DNA of 64,000 nucleotides from an uncultured Gemmatimonadales bacterium. Its GTDB lineage: Bacteria; Gemmatimonadota; Gemmatimonadetes; Longimicrobiales; RSA9. Positions 59,540 through 64,000 of this stretch are shown here, in pieces. The notes below the pieces were generated by a model. The model had not been told where the DNA came from. It did no database searches and saw only the letters and a program-made list of their open reading frames with translations. The stretch lies in assembly GCA_963798845.1 (NCBI GenBank), contig CAWCUS010000006.1, positions 320,001 through 384,000 on the forward strand, given 5' to 3'. The translations under genes were made by a program, and so were the position numbers. How positions within the stretch are numbered: the stretch's first letter is position 1; the number at the start of each line of letters is the position of its first letter.

Positions 59540-60877
59540 TCAGAACTCGTCGAGGAGCCGGAAGCTCTCGCGCGTGGCGAAAGCACGGGCCAGCAGGTTT
59601 ACATCTCCGGATGTCCGGAGGGTCCGGCGGCGGGGTGGGAGAAGGGGGTCGAGCTCGCCGACATACAGCCGCGCGAGCGCGGACGGGTCAGCCAGGAGCG
59701 CCGCGTCTTCAGACTGTTGTCCGCCGTCGCCCGGCGGCGCTGTCTCCACCGAGGCGCTGCCATCCGGCGCGATCCGCACGACCCAGGCGCCGTCGTTGGC
59801 CGGGCGCTGGCTGTCGGCCGTCGCGATCCGCAGCGAGCATCCGCCAGCCGGCGCCCCGCCGTCGTCGAACCAGTGGCGGCGGCGCAGTGCGCCGGGCACG
59901 TCCAGCAATCTGGCCATGGGACCGCGGATTATGGTGGCTGTCGGGAACCAGAGCCCGCGCGAGCGAGGACGGCGGCCGCCCGGCGGCCGGGGATCGCGGA
60001 GCCGGTCGCCGAAGCGCTCTTCGGGTCGGGCGAAGTGGACGGCCTGGGGCCACTCGTCGGCGAGCCCGGCAAGATGCGCGAGGAGCGCGTCGTAGGCGAC
60101 GTCATCCTCCGCCACCAGCTCGCGCACCAGCAGGGTCCCCGGGCCACCGCGCCTCCCCGCCCGGAAGTGGAGCAGGGCGTAGCCGCGCACGCCGTCCTCC
60201 TCGACCACGACGGCGCTGTGCCGGAAGAGGCTCTCCCACACAGGCGGTCGCCGCAGAAGCAGTCCGTTCGAGCGCGCAGCCACGCGGGCGTAGCAGCGGG
60301 CGATGGCATCGCGGTCGTCCCGGGAGCGGGGGGACCGGACCGTACCGTGCGGGTCGGGCGGGGGGTCAGGAGCGGCCGCGGGGTGGCCTCGTGCGCCGGT
60401 GCCACCGGCGCGGGTGTAGTCGCCCGCGAGCAGGTCGCCCGTGGAGAACCGGTAGCGGTGAAGCCGGCCCACCAGCCCCCACCCGAGCCGTTCGTAGTAG
60501 TCGGGGCGGAAAGGGTAGAGCAGGCCGATCACGTCGCCGCGGTCGGCCGCGGCGTTGATGGCGTGCGTGCACAGTGTGGCACCAATGCCGCGGCGCCGGA
60601 AGTGCGGCTCCACGGCCACGGCCGCGAGCCCCATCACCGGCATCTCCCGACCGGCCACCACCTGGGTGAGCCGATAGATCCTGCACGCGGCGGCGAGGCG
60701 GCCCTGGTGCCGGGCTACGAGGACGTCGTCGAGCCCACCGTAGCGACCGCCGCGCTCCAGCTCGGCCGCCCTCGCCGCGGCGTCGCGCCGGCCGGGAAAG
60801 GCGCGAGACCAGAGGTCAGCGAGCGGGTGAATGTCGGACCGACAGGCGGGCTGGATCGCGAGGTCGGGGAGTTGCAT
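59540..60877 (-). CDS. Eis-like GNAT acetyltransferase with C-terminal SCP2 domain
   Basis: GLAAVAVEPHFRRRGIG, LLYPFRPDYYERLGW, ARLLDV..AL, terminal DEF. Confidence 0.85.
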   Translation of the reverse strand: MQLPDLAIQPACRSDIHPLADLWSRAFPGRRDAAARAAELERGGRYGGLDDVLVARHQGRLAAACRIYRLTQVVAGREMPVMGLAAVAVEPHFRRRGIGATLCTHAINAAADRGDVIGLLYPFRPDYYERLGWGLVGRLHRYRFSTGDLLAGDYTRAGGTGARGHPAAAPDPPPDPHGTVRSPRSRDDRDAIARCYARVAARSNGLLLRRPPVWESLFRHSAVVVEEDGVRGYALLHFRAGRRGGPGTLLVRELVAEDDVAYDALLAHLAGLADEWPQAVHFARPEERFGDRLRDPRPPGGRRPRSRGLWFPTATIIRGPMARLLDVPGALRRRHWFDDGGAPAGGCSLRIATADSQRPANDGAWVVRIAPDGSASVETAPPGDGGQQSEDAALLADPSALARLYVGELDPLLPPRRRTLRTSGDVNLLARAFATRESFRLLDEF

Positions 60878-61065
60878 GGCTCTGGCGTGTACACGGGCTG
60901 AAGCTGGAGCTTGGCGAGTCGATGGCGCCCGGTCAACGGCGGGCGGGGCAACCCGCTGTGCGCCGGTGCCGGCGCTTGCCGCCACCTGTCGCCGCGGTCA
61001 GCTTGTCCGTGCGGCCCGGGAACGGCTCCGGCCGGTCACGTGAGGGAGCAACCTGGAGGCGAGGA

Positions 61066-62388
61066 ATGAGCGACGGAGACGGTGAGCTGAGCGGGGCGGG
61101 GCGGATCGGTCGGCGCGTGGCCGTGGTGGCGGGGTGTCGCACGCCGTTCGCGAAATCGGGCACCGTGTTCAGGGACATGACGGCCATCGACCTGGGGACC
61201 CTGGCCGTGCGGGAGCTGCTCAACCGCGCCGAGCTCGAGGGGGACGACGTCGACGAGCTGGTCTACGGCACCGTCGTCCATTCCGTCCAGGCGCCGAACC
61301 TCGCCCGGGAGGTCAGCCTCCGTGCTGGCGTGTCCCCGAGCGTGCCGTCCTTCACCGTGAGCCGCGCGTGCGCCAGTGCGAACCAGGCGATCACTTCAGG
61401 CGCGGAGAAGATCGCGCTGGGTCAGGGCGAGGTGGTCATCGCCGGGGGTGCCGAGTCGCTCACGGACATCCCCATCATGGTGTCGAAGCCGCTCCGGGAC
61501 CGGCTGGTGGCGGCGTCGAAAGCCAGGACGATGGGTCAGCGTGCGAAAGCCTTCGCCGGATTCCGCCCCGGCGAGCTGGCGCCGATCACGCCCGCCATCG
61601 CCGAGCCGTCCACGGGCGAGACCATGGGCGACAGCGCGGAGCGGATGGCGAAGGAGAACGAGATCAGCCGGGAATCTCAGGACCGCTGGGCACTCCGGTC
61701 ACACGAGCTTGCCGCCAGAGGAACGGAGGACGGACGACTCACGGCCGAGATCGTGCCCGTCTACATCCCACCCCGCTACGACGAGGTAGTGGACGCGGAC
61801 AACGGGATCCGCACCGACACCAGCCTGGAGAAGCTCGCCTCGCTTCGCCCCGTGTTCGACCGGAAGTACGGCAGCGTGACCGCGGGCAACTCGTCGCCGC
61901 TGACCGACGGCGCATCCGCCGTGCTGCTCATGAGCGAGGAGCGGGCGAAAGCGGAGGGCCGCGCGCCGCTCGGCTACATCCGCAGCTGGGCGTACGCCGC
62001 GCTCGCGCCATCCGACCAGCTTCTCCAGGGCCCCGCTTTCGCCGTTCCGCGCGCACTCGACCGCGCCGGGGTGACCATGCAGGACATCGAGCTCTGGGAG
62101 ATGCACGAGGCGTTCGCCGCCCAGGTGCTGTCGAACCTGCAGTGGCTCGATTCGGACACCTTCGCGCGGGAGCGTCTGGGCCGGTCCTCCAGGGTTGGGA
62201 TCATCGACGAGGAGCGGATCAACGTCATGGGCGGAAGCATCGCGATCGGCCACCCCTTCGGAGCGACGGGCGGCCGGCTCACGGTCACGCTGCTGAACGA
62301 GATGAAGAGGCGGGGTGCCGGGATCGGCCTGATCAGCGTGTGCGCGGCCGGCGCGCTCGGCTTCGCCATGGTCCTCGAGCGCGACTGA
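61066..62388 (+). CDS. fadI: Acetyl-CoA C-acyltransferase (FadI-like thiolase)
   Basis: RTPFAK, SRACAS, GNSSPLTDGA, HEAFAAQ, GHPFGATG, CAAG. Confidence 0.88.
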   Translation: MSDGDGELSGAGRIGRRVAVVAGCRTPFAKSGTVFRDMTAIDLGTLAVRELLNRAELEGDDVDELVYGTVVHSVQAPNLAREVSLRAGVSPSVPSFTVSRACASANQAITSGAEKIALGQGEVVIAGGAESLTDIPIMVSKPLRDRLVAASKARTMGQRAKAFAGFRPGELAPITPAIAEPSTGETMGDSAERMAKENEISRESQDRWALRSHELAARGTEDGRLTAEIVPVYIPPRYDEVVDADNGIRTDTSLEKLASLRPVFDRKYGSVTAGNSSPLTDGASAVLLMSEERAKAEGRAPLGYIRSWAYAALAPSDQLLQGPAFAVPRALDRAGVTMQDIELWEMHEAFAAQVLSNLQWLDSDTFARERLGRSSRVGIIDEERINVMGGSIAIGHPFGATGGRLTVTLLNEMKRRGAGIGLISVCAAGALGFAMVLERD

Positions 62389-62418
62389 CCGCACCGGGCA
62401 GGGGCCAGGGCGTCCGCC

Positions 62419-63354
62419 TCACCTCGTCGAAATGACCCGGCGCAGCGTGCGCCACGCGATCAGGGCGCGGCGGGCACCGTAGTCGGGACCCCAGGAGCCA
62501 TCCGGCTGCTGCGTGGAGGTCAGGAGCCGGGCTCCGCTCCAGAGCGCCCGCCGCGTGTGCTCGGGCGCGATGCCGGCGTCGGCGGCGGCCAGGAGCGCCT
62601 CCAGCGCCTGGAAGGCGTCGGTCTCCACCCAGCTTCCGTCCCCGCGCTGCTTCGCCGCGACCAGCCGCAGTCCCCGCTCGCCCGTGGCACGGTCTTCCGA
62701 CACGGGCGAGAGAACAAGGGCGTGGACGGCGGCGAGCAGCGACGTGTTGGTCAGCCCCGGAGGCTGCGTCCGCTCCCACGCCGTGACGAGGGTGCGCAGG
62801 CCCCGGAGATGCAAACGCGAATCGGGACCGTCGTCGCCCCAGGCGAGGAGTGCCCGCAGCGCTGTGGTTGAAGCGAAGAATCGGACTTCCGAGTCACCCG
62901 CCAGCAGCCCCCCGCTCGGCGTCCTCGCCTCGGCGTAGACCACTTCGGGCGGGCCCGCGGAGAAGAAGCCGCCAAGGAAATGGTGACAGAGCGCCATCTC
63001 GTGCCGCTCCGGTGTGCACCCATCGCTCCAGGCCCCTGCCGCGCCGCGTCTCTGGCGAAGCCAGTCGAGCGCGCGCCCCACGGCCGGGTCGCGCTCGACG
63101 AGGCCGGCGGCGCTGCGCAGCTCCTGGATCAGGAGGAGCGCGCCGGCCGTGTCCAGGAGCTCACCGCCCCACGAAGACGACGGCTCCTGCTCGTCGAGCA
63201 GGCGTTGGACCCAGCGGCGCGCAGCCGCGGGATCGGCCGCGGTGGCGGCGTCATGGCCGGTAAGGCAGGCGGCGATCACGCTTTCGGGGGTGTCGTGCTC
63301 GGCGAGCCAGGCGCCCACCCCATCGATCGCGAGCCGGACGGCATCGGCCGTCAC
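62419..63354 (-). CDS. Hypothetical protein with terpene-cyclase/prenyltransferase-like QxxDGSW repeats
   Basis: EQEPSSSW, KQRGDGSW, TQQPDGSW after helical segments; GTG overlaps upstream stop. Confidence 0.65.
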   Translation of the reverse strand: MTADAVRLAIDGVGAWLAEHDTPESVIAACLTGHDAATAADPAAARRWVQRLLDEQEPSSSWGGELLDTAGALLLIQELRSAAGLVERDPAVGRALDWLRQRRGAAGAWSDGCTPERHEMALCHHFLGGFFSAGPPEVVYAEARTPSGGLLAGDSEVRFFASTTALRALLAWGDDGPDSRLHLRGLRTLVTAWERTQPPGLTNTSLLAAVHALVLSPVSEDRATGERGLRLVAAKQRGDGSWVETDAFQALEALLAAADAGIAPEHTRRALWSGARLLTSTQQPDGSWGPDYGARRALIAWRTLRRVISTR

Positions 63355-64000
63355 GACAGGAAACGGCGGATGGCGGCCAGCAGCACCACGTGCGCGCGTC
63401 GAATCTCCTCCACCGGCGCGGATTCATCCGCGGAGTGGGCGTCCCCGATGCTGCCCGGCCCGAAGCAGAGGGCGGGAGTGCCGGAGTGGTTGAACAGGTC
63501 GGCTTCCACCCACGCGCTCATGCCCTCTATGCGCGGCTCGATTCCACCGGCGGACAGCGCAGACTCCAGCACGCGCACCAGCTCATGGTCCTCCTCGATC
63601 TGGCTCCCGGGCTGGTGGAGGACCACGGAGACTTCCGCTCTCAGCGAAGGCACGTCGGTGCGGAGCTCCGCGAGCAGGTACTCCACCTCCGAAGCGACCG
63701 CCGCCTCTGTCTCGCCGGGCAACATTCTCCGCTCCAGCGTGAGACAGCAGGAGTCAGGGTAGACCGATGCCGCGCTGCCGCCCCGAATGGTGCCCGCGTG
63801 AATGGAGCCGTGACCGAGGAGCGGGTGGGCGGAGCGGCGGGAGAGCGTGGTCTCGATCTCGTCGAGGCGCGCCAGGAAGAGTCCGGCGTGGCGAATGGCA
63901 TCCACGCCTCGCTCCGGTCGAGAGCCGTGGGCGGCCTGGCCGCGGAAATCCACCTGGATCCACGCAAATCCCTTGTGCGCCGGCATGATGGCGAGCCCCG
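63351..64000 (-). CDS. ArgE/DapE-family M20 deacylase (5' truncated by window)
   Basis: AHKG, G.AAHGSRPERGVDAI, ERRMLPGE, FGPGSIGDAHSADE. Confidence 0.9.
   Translation of the reverse strand, partial: GLAIMPAHKGFAWIQVDFRGQAAHGSRPERGVDAIRHAGLFLARLDEIETTLSRRSAHPLLGHGSIHAGTIRGGSAASVYPDSCCLTLERRMLPGETEAAVASEVEYLLAELRTDVPSLRAEVSVVLHQPGSQIEEDHELVRVLESALSAGGIEPRIEGMSAWVEADLFNHSGTPALCFGPGSIGDAHSADESAPVEEIRRAHVVLLAAIRRFLS

Noticed and set aside
1..64000. tRNA, rRNA, tmRNA, known defence systems
   Set aside because: No recognisable signatures by eye; tRNAscan-SE, cmscan and DefenseFinder were not run.

Overview
High-GC (~70%) bacterial chromosomal window, most likely Gemmatimonadota (inferred from gene content; not verified). 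It is densely coding, with ~63 genes and no rRNA, tRNA, CRISPR array or transposase detected. Recognisable blocks: Rrf2-nirK-FGE/NirV-like-SCO nitrite-reduction operon followed by photolyase; dodecin, nfo and a GH3 NagZ-like gene; peptidoglycan genes (AmgK-RapZ fusion, murU, L,D-transpeptidase, dacB); ackA divergent from an HDAC (AcuC)-GNAT-histone H1-like cluster; ispH; a peptidase/amino-acid operon with NSAR/OSBS; and sufCBD-Rieske-sufSU. Best candidates for undescribed biology: (1) a lower-GC cassette (~13.0-17.7 kb) with an unannotated 23-aa peptide gene (strong SD, downstream anti-SD) directly ahead of a membrane-anchored HD-GYP phosphodiesterase and a wHTH-BTAD-AAA-TPR regulator; (2) an acetylation writer/eraser pair next to a ~34%-Lys histone H1-like protein and acetate kinase; (3) a candidate structured RNA with repeated GGA-loop hairpins downstream of ackA. 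Several frameshifts may be assembly indels. All calls come from reading motifs by eye; no searches were run.
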